Below are positions 46,713 through 64,000 of a stretch of DNA of 64,000 bases, piece after piece (position 1 is the first letter of the stretch; the number at the start of each line of letters is the position of its first letter). A program made the translations under genes and the position numbers. The stretch is taken from assembly GCF_009914755.1 (NCBI RefSeq), contig NC_060931.1. One strand, given 5' to 3'. This DNA comes from the human T2T-CHM13v2.0 reference genome, Homo sapiens. A model generated the notes under the pieces. It worked only from the letters and a program-made list of their open reading frames with translations, was not told the origin of the DNA and searched no databases.

Positions 46713-46984
46713 AGAATAACCAGTGGAACAATCAACATGGAGGGAGGCCTTGGTGCCGTGTCTCATTCGATTCTCACCCCCTCCCCAGGAGGGAGGGACT
46801 AGAGTATCCTGGTTTCAGAGATGAGGAGGCTGAGGCCAGAGAAGCTAGGTCGCTTGGCTGGTGCTGAGACCTGCCCGGGTTTCGGGAGAGCAGCCTGCAG
46901 CCCCCAGGGCCCCTGGCTGACGTCTAACAGCCGGAGCCGGCCACCGGGCCCCACGCCGGGAAGCATCTCTGGGAAAACTCGTCT

Positions 46985-47225
46985 TACAGATTTGATTTAA
47001 TCACGGAGTGCTGATTTTTGCAGAGCAGGTCGTGACCCTGGTCATTTTGTGAAAATGAATTGCCTGGGAAAATGGAAATTGTCACTTTATTATAGGATTA
47101 AAAAAATTCAATCCCATTTGAATCAAATGGGAAATAGGGCAGGCCCGTGTCCTTCCATCCCCCATTATTAGTGAATTGGGGTCCGTGGGAGAGCTGGGTG
47201 GGATTTCATGAACAGGATTTAATTC
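46985..47225. promoter_or_regulatory. AT-rich motif island with a perfect inverted repeat
   Basis: TGATTTAATCA, GGATTA, TCCCATTTGA-A-TCAAATGGGA (47112-47132), ATTATTAG. Confidence 0.55.
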
Positions 47226-47627
47226 GATCCTCTACCCTCCAAGCTGGGGTTGCCCTGAGTGGGGGTTTCCAGCAAAAAAACCCACCTCCCCCTTCCCCCA
47301 CTTTCCTTCCTCAGCCCCGTCTCCCCTCCAAGGGACTTCACAGACTTTCTAGCCAGGGACCCCTCTGCCAGTGCCCCAGGCACAGCGACTCCAGCCCCCA
47401 CACTGGGCCCAGGCTGGTCCTGCCCCAGGGTGCCAGTCCCCTCTCAGGCCTCACATCCCTCCAACCGGGGCTGCTTCTGCGTGAAGACCCGCCCAAGGGA
47501 CGCTGAGGGGTGTGTGCCCTGACCCAGGCCAGCATCCGATTGTGTGGTCAGATATGAGCCTCCACCCTCAGGGAGTTGGGAACACAGTCCAGCTCCCTCC
47601 CATGGGGCCAGACACACCGGGCGCTCA

Positions 47628-48812
<1,185 letters not shown>

Positions 48813-48819
48813 TATGTTA

Positions 48820-49050
48820 AAAAATTAAATATAACGAATCCCCACCGTCAGCATTGCTAGGCGCACAATTCAGTAGCGTTAAGCACATTCACGTCCTCGT
48901 GCGGCCATCACCACCATCCATCCACATAACATTCTCGTTCTCACCTTCCCAAACTGAAACCCTGCCCCTGGTGAACGCCCACTCCTCACTCCCCATCTCC
49001 ATCTCCCCTGTGTCAGGCTTCTTACCTGTTCCACGGCCCTGACTATGTTC
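48820..49050 (-). mobile_element. L1MB 3' end fragment
   Basis: gcacaattcagtagcgttaagcacattcac...catcaccaccatccatc...cttcccaaactgaaac. Confidence 0.75.
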
Positions 49051-50329
49051 CATGGACACATCCAGAGCCGAGCCACGCCGTCTGTGTGGGGGCTATGGGA
49101 GACGTGTGTGTCCGGACACCCCTCTCCACCAGGTGCTCTCCAGACAGGGGGCGGGCGTTCAACCCACAGAGCCAAACGCTGCCTTCCTGGGCGTGCTGGG
49201 ACCCGGCTGCTCCATGGGACCAAATGCCCCCCACATTCGTGTGCAAGTAAGACCCCCTGGGCAGGGGCCCACCGCCTGGGGGTGACGACTGTTCCCGGCA
49301 CAGTAGGAGTGCAGAGGAGGCCGTCTTTGACCTGGGAGAATCCGGGAGTGAGTTGGGGGAGACGGCGGGAACCAAGGCAGGTGAGCTCAGGAGGGAGGCG
49401 TGGGGGCGGCTGGGGCTGCCAGGAGTCCACTCTCTACCCTGCAGGGATGGCTGGAGAGGAGCGGGGGCTGACTCAGGAGTGACTCAGGAGTGACAGGTGT
49501 TACTCCTGTGGTGAGACCCGGGCTGAGCTCCCTGGTTTACACTGGACCCCGGCACTCACTGGCCGAGAGGGGTGATGGGTGAGCCTCACTCCCCCTGGGC
49601 CTCAGTTTCTGGGTCCATCAAACGGGGCTGCTCCCCAGGCCTCCTCCCACTCAGTTTGTCGTCTATGCTCCCCACCAGCTCCGACTACTTCCATGGCATT
49701 TATGAGGGAGACCTGGCAGAGTCCAGCACCGCCGGCTGGCGTGGTCACCCACATCTGGGTGGGACACAGGGCTGCCTTGATTGTCTTCCCGGGCAGGTGT
49801 CCACAGGGGCCCGGCCACACACACCAGTCGGCAGAGCAGGCGAGAGGCATCTGCCTTCGCCAGAACAAAATAATTAAAAGAGGATTCGGAAGATCAGGCC
49901 AGCCTGTCGCTGGGGGAGGCCGAAACTTAACCCTTCCCAGGCTGGGCTGCATGGGCCAGGCCAAGGCCAGTGGGGCAGGCAGGAGCCAGCATTGTATGCC
50001 GAGGCCTAGGACCCCAAGGAAGAGGGCCTGGGGGCTTCCCCAGGAGGTACCCACCCTCCTGAAAGCATCCTGCAGGGCCCTCCCCACTGCATCCCCTCTG
50101 GGAGCTGCCCTCACCTCCTTAGCTGCTCCACCAACACCTTGGGCTCCTGAAGGCTGGCCCTTGCCTGGGCTCTGTTCAGCTGCAGAATGGACAGGATACT
50201 CAAGTGCCTCCCAGCCTGCCAAGCCTCTGCTCCCTTCCCAGGGGCTCCTCATCTTCTCTGCGAGGACTGACATGGTCTGTCGCGGGTGCCCATGGTAGCT
50301 GGGGCCAGCCCTCTCCCAGACAAGGGGCA

Positions 50330-51250
50330 GGCACCAGGCCTGAGGTGGCTGACCGGACACAGGATCACCAGCCTTTACCTTGAGCCACAGCAAAGGGGTA
50401 GAGGAGGATGGGGCCTCATGCGCCGAGCAGCGCGGTGACACAACCCTGGTCCACCTGTCCCAACCGCAAACTCCTGCCAGCTTCCTGCTGCACACCTCGC
50501 CAGGGGCCCTGTCCCACCCCTGCTCACCAGGGTCTTCAGCTTCCTGGGGCTCATTAACCACCATCCCTTCCTGAATATTTTTGGCTCCAATTAGTCAAAG
50601 CTGGTTTTTGTGACTTTGAACCAAAGACCCCAAAAGACACAGCACAGGGAGTGAGAGGAAGGCACGTCACATGCTCTGCAGCCAGGCTGCATGTCTGTTC
50701 ACCTGAAAAGAACCTCCTGAGGCCCCTGTGTGCCAGGCACTGTTCTAGGCACTGGGGGGATGGCAGAGAACAAGGCAGACACTTGTCCTGAGTGTGCGTT
50801 CTACTGGGGCTGGCCAACAAGGGATATGTAAACCACAAATAAATTAGGCAATTTTAAGTAGAAAAGATACTGAGAAAAACGTCCATTAGGAAGGTACATT
50901 CTAGGTATCTACTGCTGTCCATCAAACCACCCCAGACTAAAGCAGCGATCATCTTACTGCGCTCATGAACTCTGCAGGTCCAGTTCAGCCTGGGTGCAGA
51001 GGATGCCTGCTCGTGGCACCTGCACGTCACTGCTTGAGCTTCCTCACAACATGGTGGCAGGGTTCTGTGGGCAGGTGTCCCAAGAGGACAGACAACAGCC
51101 TTTTATGACCTAGCCTTGGAAGTCACTTAGTGTCATTCTGCTGCAGTCATGGCCCCAGATTCCAGACGAGGGAAGATCACCTCCATGTCTTGATGGGCTG
51201 GGACCAAGGTCACATGGTCGGAAGAGCACGGGGGAGGGGAAATGCTGCTG
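50330..51250. mobile_element. MLT1 fragment (+, to about 50640), L2 (-, 50700-50890), MLT1H-like (-, 50897-51250)
   Basis: ctggtttttgtgactttgaaccaaaga; tgtgccaggcactgttctaggcactgggg; gagcttcctcacaacatggtggc...ccttttatgacctagccttggaagtcac. Confidence 0.6.
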
Positions 51251-52459
51251 CAAGGCAGGGTGGCAGGGTGGCAGGGCAGGCCCCTCTGCAGAGGTGACAG
51301 CAGTGGCCAGGAGAAGCCGACTGAGGCCCAGGAGGGTCCGACTGAGGACAGGTAGGGGGTTGGGTTCTGTTCTTATTGCAGTGGGGTGTCCCCTGGATGC
51401 CCCACCTTGTGCTGGGCTCTATTCTAGGTCCCGGGGTACTGAGGCAAGGAAGACCCAGTCCCAACCTCAGACCTCATGTCCAGAGGAGTCAGAGAAGCAA
51501 AAAGGCGCAGTTCAGGCTATTTCTCTTGGGGTGCTCTGGGCTGCAAAGGACGGAACACCCAGCTCAGCTCACTTGGCTGAGCAACTCAGGGGCTGGGGGG
51601 CCATAGCCAAGCAGGCGGACGCTGGGGAGGGATGCTCGATGCCAGGGGGTTCTTGCCAAGCTGGACGTGTATTCATTAACCCCTCCCACCCCATTCTACA
51701 GAGGAAGAACGGAGGTGCAGGGAGGTGAGATGGTCGCCCATGACCACAGCTAGCTACAGGCCTGAACTTGCACCCGACACCCGGCTCCACAATTCTTGTG
51801 CCTTGATCTGCCTTGGGGAGGGGTGTGGGGTCAGAAAAACACCTGGGTCCGGACGCCCCCAGCCAGTGAGCAGACCCCACATGCACAGTCTCTGCTGACA
51901 AGACCCTCGTGCTCTGTAAACGCAGGGCTGCCGTCAGCCAGGCATCCCCGGGGAACCAAGAGGCACACACAAAGCCAGGCAGTCCCAGGGGAGGCCAGCG
52001 GTCCCAGGGCACCCAGCCCTGCCCTCCTCAGCTGCCTGCGGGTGCCCTCGGGGCCTGGGTCTGCAGCCCAGATGCATATCCTATCTAGCATCAGGACTGG
52101 GCACAGAGAGGTTGCAGAGCCTATCCAGCAGCTCAGGCTGCTTCCCCTACTGTGACCTGATGGAATGCCAGGAAGCCCCAATGCCACCCCTTCAGGCCTG
52201 GATCCTGCCCCCGGGGCCCCCACATCCCAGCCCTCCTTCCCAGGAATCCCCTGCTGAAGGACCCCCTTCATCCCGTCCCTGCATCCTAGACCCCACCCTG
52301 TGGGAGAGAAACTGAAACCCAGGAAGTTGAACCGTTTGACTGGTGCAGAGCTGGGACACTAACCCAGGATGCCAGCTCGGGCCTCAGCCACACTCGCCGC
52401 AGATGCCACCCCTAGCCCTGCCAAGGCCCGGCGCAGACCCTCCCAAACACACACAGCGG

Positions 52460-53030
52460 GCTTTTATTAAACTTCCTTGTTAATTGCACAAGTAATGCAC
52501 CAATACATCTGGAGTGAGTTTTAAAACAAATCCCAGACACCATATCATTTCGCTCATAAATACTTCAGTATACAAATGGGGCTTTAAATAATTTGCTGTT
52601 TAAATGATGTTTTTTCTCCCGTGAGCAACAGAGTCCATGCTTACAGGCCAGCCGAGGCAGGAAGGCTTCACCCAGGCCGGGTGGCGTCCCGCTCTGCCCT
52701 CGGCCGGCTCCGTGCCTGGGCCGTGTTTGTGCATGCGTTCTCTACCATACAGATTTCATTTTGCACCTTTTCTTCTCTTGAGTTCCACATCAGCAATTCC
52801 CCAGTGCTGCTCCCAGCTCGAGAAATATCCATCCCAGAGACCTCCTTGGACGCTGCTGTTAGGCTCAATTTTTCGCGGCTATAAACACTGACTGCCCTGA
52901 ACATCTTTGAGCAGGAGGCGCTGTATGGTTTTCGGATCATTCTCGGAGGAGGGGTTCCCAGACGCTGGACTCCACAATCAAAGCACCCGTCCCCAAATTG
53001 CTTTCCAAGAAGACACAAACACTGTTGAAA
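52460..53030 (-). mobile_element. Old L1MC/L1ME fragments
   Basis: ttttaaaacaaatcccagacaccatatcatttcgctcataaatacttcagtat; ccaaattgctttccaaga. Confidence 0.5.
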
Positions 53031-53879
53031 TCCTCGTAAATCATGGTTGTTGGGCAGAGGGGGGTGTGTTCTAATGCAGAGGTCACTCAAGCAGGGGGTG
53101 GTGGGAGCACACAGGAGCCAGTCTCCAAGGCCACCAACACCACCTTGCCCGTGGGGGTGACTGAGCACGTTCTTCTGCCTTTCCAGCCTCAGTTTCCCCA
53201 TCTGTCAAGTGGCCACGGGTTTGAGTGTGCGGCCGACCCTGGGAAGATGGCTCTCCAGGCCTTGGTGGAGGCCGTCCCCAGCCCCAGAGGGAAGACGCGT
53301 CTAGCAGTGCCCTGTCCACCTCACTGCCTGCGCCTGCTCTGGAGGAATTCAGAGAGCGCTGGGGAGGGGCCTCCCACCTCTGCAGGGATTGAAGTGTGTT
53401 TGTTTTCATTCCCCCTCCCCAGGGCCTCAGCCCTGCCCCCAAGGGAGAAAGGCAGCTTTGCAGAACCCAGGCAGGAAAGCAGAAATCTCAGGGCCCAAGG
53501 CCCCCAGCCTGCATCTCTCCCAACCTGCTCCTTTCTGGGGGCCAGAGAGGGGGTGCCACCTGCCCAAGGACACACAGCACCTCTGCGGCAAAGCACCTCT
53601 AATCTGCGGGTTCTCTGGTGTCTGAGATCCTGTAACAGGATCTAACCCCATACAGCAGCCCCCCCGTTCCTGAGCGGCCTCCGGTGGCAGCACCTGCCAA
53701 GGCCCCACCTCCGGCCCCGTCCTTCCCCAGGCAGGGGCGCCCAGCAGCCGTTTCACAGATGAGGAAACTGAGGCTGAGAGGACCAAGGCTCTCCCCAGGA
53801 CACCCAGCCGGGCTCTCAGCCAACCAGCTGAACCCCGGGCTGCGCTCTCCCCGCCCCTGCCTGGCGAGTGCAGATTCCC

Positions 53880-54720
53880 GCCTATTTTCCGACACCCGCC
53901 TGCAGAGGAGTCGGGCGCCAGATGGGATCGAACCCAGCAAGGTGAGAAATCCGGGCGGGGTGGCAGATGGGGAGGCCTTCCCCGGGGAACTCCAGGAGAG
54001 GGGAGGACAGCGAGGGCCCCGGGCGCGGCCTCTCGTGTGCCCCCAGCCGCGGGGCGCAGGCCCGCAGCCCCCCAGGGGCGCCGCAGCTGTCACTCCGCGG
54101 TGAGTGGCGCCATCCGGATCGGAGATGGGCGCGGCTGCATCGCCCCAGGGTAGGAAGCTCATCTTCGGAGACCGCGCGGCTCCGAGCGACCAGGAACGCC
54201 CCCTGCGGGCTGCGGGCGGGAGCGCGGACCCCGGCCCATCCCGGACCCCGCCCACCGCGGACCTCACCCATCCTAGGCCCCGCCCATCCCAGACACCGGC
54301 CCATCCCTGACCCCGCCCGTCCCTAGCCCCGCCCACCACCGACCCCACCCCTCCAGACCACGCCTATCCCAGGCCCTGCCCACCGCGGACCCCGCCCATC
54401 CTGCACCCCGCCCACCACGGACCTAGCCCATTCTTGACCTGACCGGCAGCGACTCCAGCCCATCCTGAACCCCACCTACCGCAGATTCTGCCCGACCCAG
54501 CCCACCTAGGACCTTGGCCCACCACGGACCCTGCCCATCCCGGACCCAGCCCACTGTAAGCTCCGCCTATCTCGGACCCCAGCCCATCCCAATTGCCGCC
54601 CACTTCATGGTCTCCAGCCACCGCGGACCCCACCCACCGCAGGCCCCGCTCACCGCAGACCACCCCCCAACATCGGCCCCCCCACCCCCACACTGATCCA
54701 TCGCCCACCTCCGACCCCAC
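53880..54720. promoter_or_regulatory. CpG island-like segment with a C-rich degenerate repeat arm
   Basis: Dense CpG at 53950-54420; many CCCCGCCC / CCGCGGACC motifs at 54220-54720. Confidence 0.6.
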
Positions 54721-55894
54721 CCAGGCTGTCTCAGCCGATGGCCCTGGGACGACTCCAGCACTAATTCGCTGAGGGTCCCCCCACCTCCAGGGCGCCCATT
54801 AACCTAAACATTTGTGTGCATTTAATTCCATTTTACAAACGAGGAAACTGAGGCCCGGAGCGTTAGATCACGTGCCCTACTAGGTGGGGCTAGCTGAGAC
54901 CACTGCGACCCCAGGCAGCCTGTAATGGGATTGCTCCCCCAAAAGGGGCCCTGCTGTGTGGGATATGAGATGGCGGGCAAGGCGGGCAAGGGATTGCAGG
55001 CACGTGCTGTGGTGTGGCTGGTGAGGCTGGATTAGCAGGACCGGACCAGCTCATGTGGAGGGGCAGTGTGGATGGTGCAGTGTGGTGAGGGTTGCCCTTC
55101 CTTCCTTTGGACAGGGCAGTGGGGAGGTGGAGGCCGGGACGGAGACCCCAGGAGCCCTGGGGACACTCAGGCCAGGCACAGACACTGCCAGGTTTCCTGG
55201 ACCCCTCCCCATTGCACCTGCTTCGTCTGCAAACTGCTCCCTGTGTGGGCAGAGAGGCCCTGGGGGTGGTCTGGGAGTAGAGACGGAAAACCCTGAGGCT
55301 CCCACAGCCAAGCCCCTCCCTGCAGAGAGGGGGCTTCAAAGGTGTGAGACGACAGAGGAGAGGTTGGCAAAGCGCCCCACATCCCCTTCCCTGGCCCACC
55401 TCCTCCCAGGGAGAGAGGAAGATGGAGAGGCAGAGAAACCAAGAGAGACAAGGGGGCCAGATCCCAAAGGGAAATGCAGCTGGACAGAGGCAGACAGAGG
55501 GACGGGACGGAGAGAGTCAGCGGGAAGAGGTTTCAGGGGAAGATTTTCAAGTTTTTCCTTGGGGTATTTGCACAGAAGGTTTTTAATCTTTGCTGGAACC
55601 TGCCTGTGGCTCTGCCCACTTCAGCCAGCAGTGACCACCATGTGACCCACGCAGAGTCGCTGGGCTCAACCCTCCCTGTCAGCCCCAGTGTGGATATGAG
55701 CATGGATACCGATAGTTCTGTCTCATGCAGGGCTGGGGCGCTTGGGAGGCTCAAGGCTCCAGCCCAGCCTTGGGAGTCCAGCACAGCCAAGCCAGCCAGC
55801 TACACCTGGCCTGGGCCAGAGCTTCGATCATGCAGCCTGCAGAGCTGTGGAAGTGCAGAGGCAAGGAATCGTAGAAAGGATTTTGGAAGTGACA

Positions 55895-56080
55895 TTGACC
55901 TCCGCTTGAATGCTTCTGCTGACGGGGAGCTCACTACCTCCAGAGACAGCCTACGTTGTCTCTGGGCATCTCTATGAGTTAGCAAGCACATTCTCATTTT
56001 TAGCGGATTCTGTCTCCCTATCACCACCACCTCCCACGTCCAAACCCTTCCCCATGGTTTCCACCAATGACCCCTGGAAC
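55895..56080 (-). mobile_element. L3/CR1 LINE fragment
   Basis: gcttgaatgcttctgctgacggggagctcactacctccagagacagcc matches the L3 consensus as I recall it. Confidence 0.65.
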
Positions 56081-56404
56081 CACACACACCGCACACATTT
56101 ATTTGACAAACATTTATTGAGTGCCTACTGTGTGCTGGACCATAGGCATGAACACGGAGATGAGGCCAGACCTCTTGCGGCTGTCTCCTTAGAAACTGAG
56201 GCATGGAGGGAGAAGGGACCCTCCAGGCCTGCACCGCCAAAACCAGAGGAGGCAGAGAACACGCCTCACCTCTGCATCTCCTGCGTGTCAGACCTCAGCC
56301 ATCATCCCAACAACGTGGTGGGGGGTGTCATGATTATCTTCAATTTCCAGATGAGAAAACTGAGGCTCAGGGGGTCACGGCCCTGGGTCGGGCACCATGC
56401 AGGC

Positions 56405-57126
<722 letters not shown>

Positions 57127-57317
57127 GTTCAAAGAGTTTACTGTCCACAAGAAGAGTTTATTGTCCATAAATAAATGGACACTTGTAAGCATCAGTGTGT
57201 GAGTGCTGAGTGGTGGTGGGAGGGCAGGGAGGAAGGCGGGGGCTACGTGCTATTATAACATCTGCTAACACTTATCCCACACAAAGTAAAGGGGTGCACA
57301 TGAATTAGCTCACAGGA

Positions 57318-57622
<305 letters not shown>

Positions 57623-58398
57623 GCTCACTGGATCTTTACAGCAACCCTATGACATAGATTCTGCCAGGATCCCATATCTGAGGATAAATAGTGCTAGCTG
57701 CTATGTAAAACAGCCCATCAAAGGCCGACGATTTAACAAAACAGAAGTTTATTCCTTGCTCTTGTCCAGAGCAAGTAGGCGTTTCACAGTCTGCAGGGGT
57801 TCGGGGTCCTGAGCTGAACATGTAGGGGGTTCGGAGTCCTGAGCTACTTCCCACATGGGGATCCACCCTTCCTCGGGGACCCGGAACCCACTGGACCTGC
57901 CTGGTTGGCCAGTGAGGAAGGAGAGCGGAGGAGGACTCTTGGGAACTCTGAGAAGACTTAGGAGACAGGTCCGAAGTGGCTTCTGACACTTCTGCCCACA
58001 TTTCATCCACCACAGCTCGCTCACATTTCTGCATCTATCTGCCCAGGAGGCTCGGAAACGTCATCTACCTGGGCCCCCAGGAAGCAAAGAAAAAGGTCTA
58101 GTTTTGCTTTGAGAGGTCAACAGGAGACGTCCAAGGTCGCACAGATGGGACAGGACTAAAAGCCAGGCACGACACTTCCGCATAGCTTTCCCTGCACCCT
58201 CGGAATCTCTCGAGTGGACTCTCTCCGGGCAGGGCAGTGGCCTGGGGAGGTTGGTCCTTCTAACTCTGGGACGGAGAAACATGAGAATCATGTCAATCAT
58301 ATCACGAGGTACTTGTTGATCGTTATTGCATGATCACCTCCGATTTTCTGACTGGTGCCCTGTTACCTTTAAGTGACTTTGTTGACCCAACCGGTTAG

Positions 58399-58702
<304 letters not shown>

Positions 58703-58823
58703 TAGAATTTTAATCTGGGGCAAAGGTGGTGGTTTTAAGGTTGTTGTAATTATAAGATGCTGATTTTTTTTTCTCTTTAGGACATAAGCCAGATCAGAGG
58801 ACCTCCTTTTCCTAGTGGGAGCT

Positions 58824-60387
<1,564 letters not shown>

Positions 60388-60764
60388 CCTGGCCCGACGC
60401 TTTCTAACGAGACCCTCATTGGTTTGTTTCCTTGGCTTTCCTCTGCTCTCTGAGTGGACGTAAACTCCGCCCATGAGGGCAGGAACCGTGCCTGGTACAG
60501 GGCACATGGCAGGAACTCAGGAAATGTTTATTAAATGAATGAAAGAGGAAAATGGCATGAAAGACAGAAAGTGGATAAATTAGACACGGACTGATGTCTG
60601 CATTCACCCAGAGGTCCCCCCAGGGGCAGCCCAGGCGGAGATTGCAGGGTGGTGGGAGGCCCTGGGCCCCAAGGGGAGGTGGTGTCTCCAACACACTGTA
60701 TCAGAGACAGTGGGCAGCCAAGCCCTGCCTCCCCACCTCCCCAGGGCCCCTTCTCAGCCTGATT

Positions 60765-61085
60765 TTTCTTTTTGTCTTGTTTTATTTTTTGAGAAGGTGT
60801 CTTGCTGTGTTGCCCAGGCTGGAGTGTGGTGGAGTGATCATGGCTCACTCCGGCCCCAAACTCTTGGGCTCAAGTGATCCTTCCACCTCTGCCTCCTGAA
60901 TAGATGGGACCACAGGTGTACACCACCATGCCCTGTTAATTTTTTTATTTTTTGAAATTATTTGCAAAGATGGTGTCTCACTATGCTGTCCAGGCTTTTC
61001 TCAAACTCCTGGGCTCAAGCGATCCTCCTGCCTCAGCCCTCCCAAAGTGCTGGGATGACGGGCGTGAGCCCCCACACCTAGCCAG
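60765..61085 (-). mobile_element. AluJ
   Basis: Diverged antisense dimer. Confidence 0.88.
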
Positions 61086-61189
61086 CCTGCAGTTCACAGG
61101 ACACTCCCTGATGGAGTCTCTCCAGAGGTCCGGCATCCCCACCTCCTTACAGACCAATGTTGCCTGTCGATTTGCAATGTTTTGAAAGG

Positions 61190-62216
<1,027 letters not shown>

Positions 62217-62312
62217 ATGCAAACACTGCCCCCTTCCGTGGCCGTGGCATGCACACGCTGCCCCCTTCTGTGGCCATGACATGCAAATGCTGTCCCCTTC
62301 CGTGGCCATGGC
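62217..62312. repeat. 32-bp tandem repeat x3
   Basis: atgcaMaYRctgYcccttcYgtggccRtgRc units at 62217, 62249 and 62281. Confidence 0.88.
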
Positions 62313-62356
62313 AGGTGTCTCTGATCGACCACGGCACCTTTTCTGGCCAAGCCTCA

Positions 62357-62765
62357 TGTACTAGTTCCCTACTGCTGCTGTGACAAAGTACCCCAAACTT
62401 AGCAACCTGAAACAACACACATTTATTTTCTCTCAGCTCTGCAGGCCAGAAGCCTAAAGTGAATGGGCAGGGCTGGCTCCTTCTGGAGGCTGCAGGGAGG
62501 ACCTGTTTGCTGACCCTTGCCAGCCCTGGAGGCCCCTTCCTCCTCTTCAAGCCAGCAGTGCCGGGTCTGAGAGCCTCTGACCTCCCTCCCGCTCTGACAA
62601 AGACCCTTGCGGGGTGACGTCAGGCCCACCTGGGCAGCCCAGGACCCTCCCCACCTCCAGACCTGCAGCTCACATCTGCGGCCCCTTTGCCAGGTCAGGT
62701 GATAGAGGCACAGGTTCTGGGGACCAGGACGTGGACGTCTTCGAGCCATTATTCAGCAGCCCACC
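62357..62765 (-). mobile_element. MLT1C/D-type LTR
   Basis: tgtactagttccctactgctgctgtgacaaagtaccccaaacttag...caggttctggggaccaggacgtggacgtctt...ccattattc. Confidence 0.78.
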
Positions 62766-62929
62766 CCTGGATCAGCCCCCACCTGGTCACAGCACGTGTG
62801 TTCTGATATCCAATATCATGTGGCCCGTGCTATGCGGAGAGCCCGCGTGCAGGGGACAGTCTGTTTTCCTGTTCACTTTCTGAAATCATCTAAGTTTTTC
62901 AATGAATAAATTCTTTTGTTTCTCTTATA

Positions 62930-64000
<1,071 letters not shown>

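Noticed and set aside
49602-50564. 320-aa ORF with an antisense 239-aa ORF
   Set aside because: No domain similarity, partly overlaps an MLT1 remnant, and is consistent with stop-poor GC-rich sequence.
53599-54348. 249-aa ORF across the CpG island
   Set aside because: It starts in the G-rich repeat and crosses a MIR; I recognise no protein family.

Overview
This is primate (almost certainly human) genomic DNA from a GC-rich, Alu-dense region. I find no convincing protein-coding exon, RNA gene or CRISPR array. Every long ORF maps to a tandem repeat, an Alu or stop-poor GC-rich sequence. The window holds about 45 Alu elements or fragments, many MIR/L2 remnants, old L1M fragments, one L3/CR1 fragment, two MER33 DNA transposons, several MaLR LTRs (MLT1, MST, THE1D), an MLT2 and an HERV-E-type (LTR2 family) solo LTR. 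There are also several minisatellites. The unique sequence is punctuated by about ten short AT-rich islands packed with homeodomain/PBX/MEIS/SOX-type motifs, plus two CpG-rich segments (~8.2-9.0 kb and ~53.9-54.7 kb). This architecture suggests a distal enhancer landscape of a developmental gene lying outside the window. The most notable observations are: (1) an inverted copy of a local MIR-derived segment inserted inside an Alu 2.1 kb away; (2) a 1.4-kb VNTR in which every unit carries an E-box and which has a 337-bp higher-order period; (3) a 22-bp minisatellite grown from an L2 3' end; (4) the homeodomain island archipelago. Repeat family names were assigned by eye from remembered consensus features and need RepeatMasker/Dfam confirmation. 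The chromosomal location cannot be established from the sequence alone.
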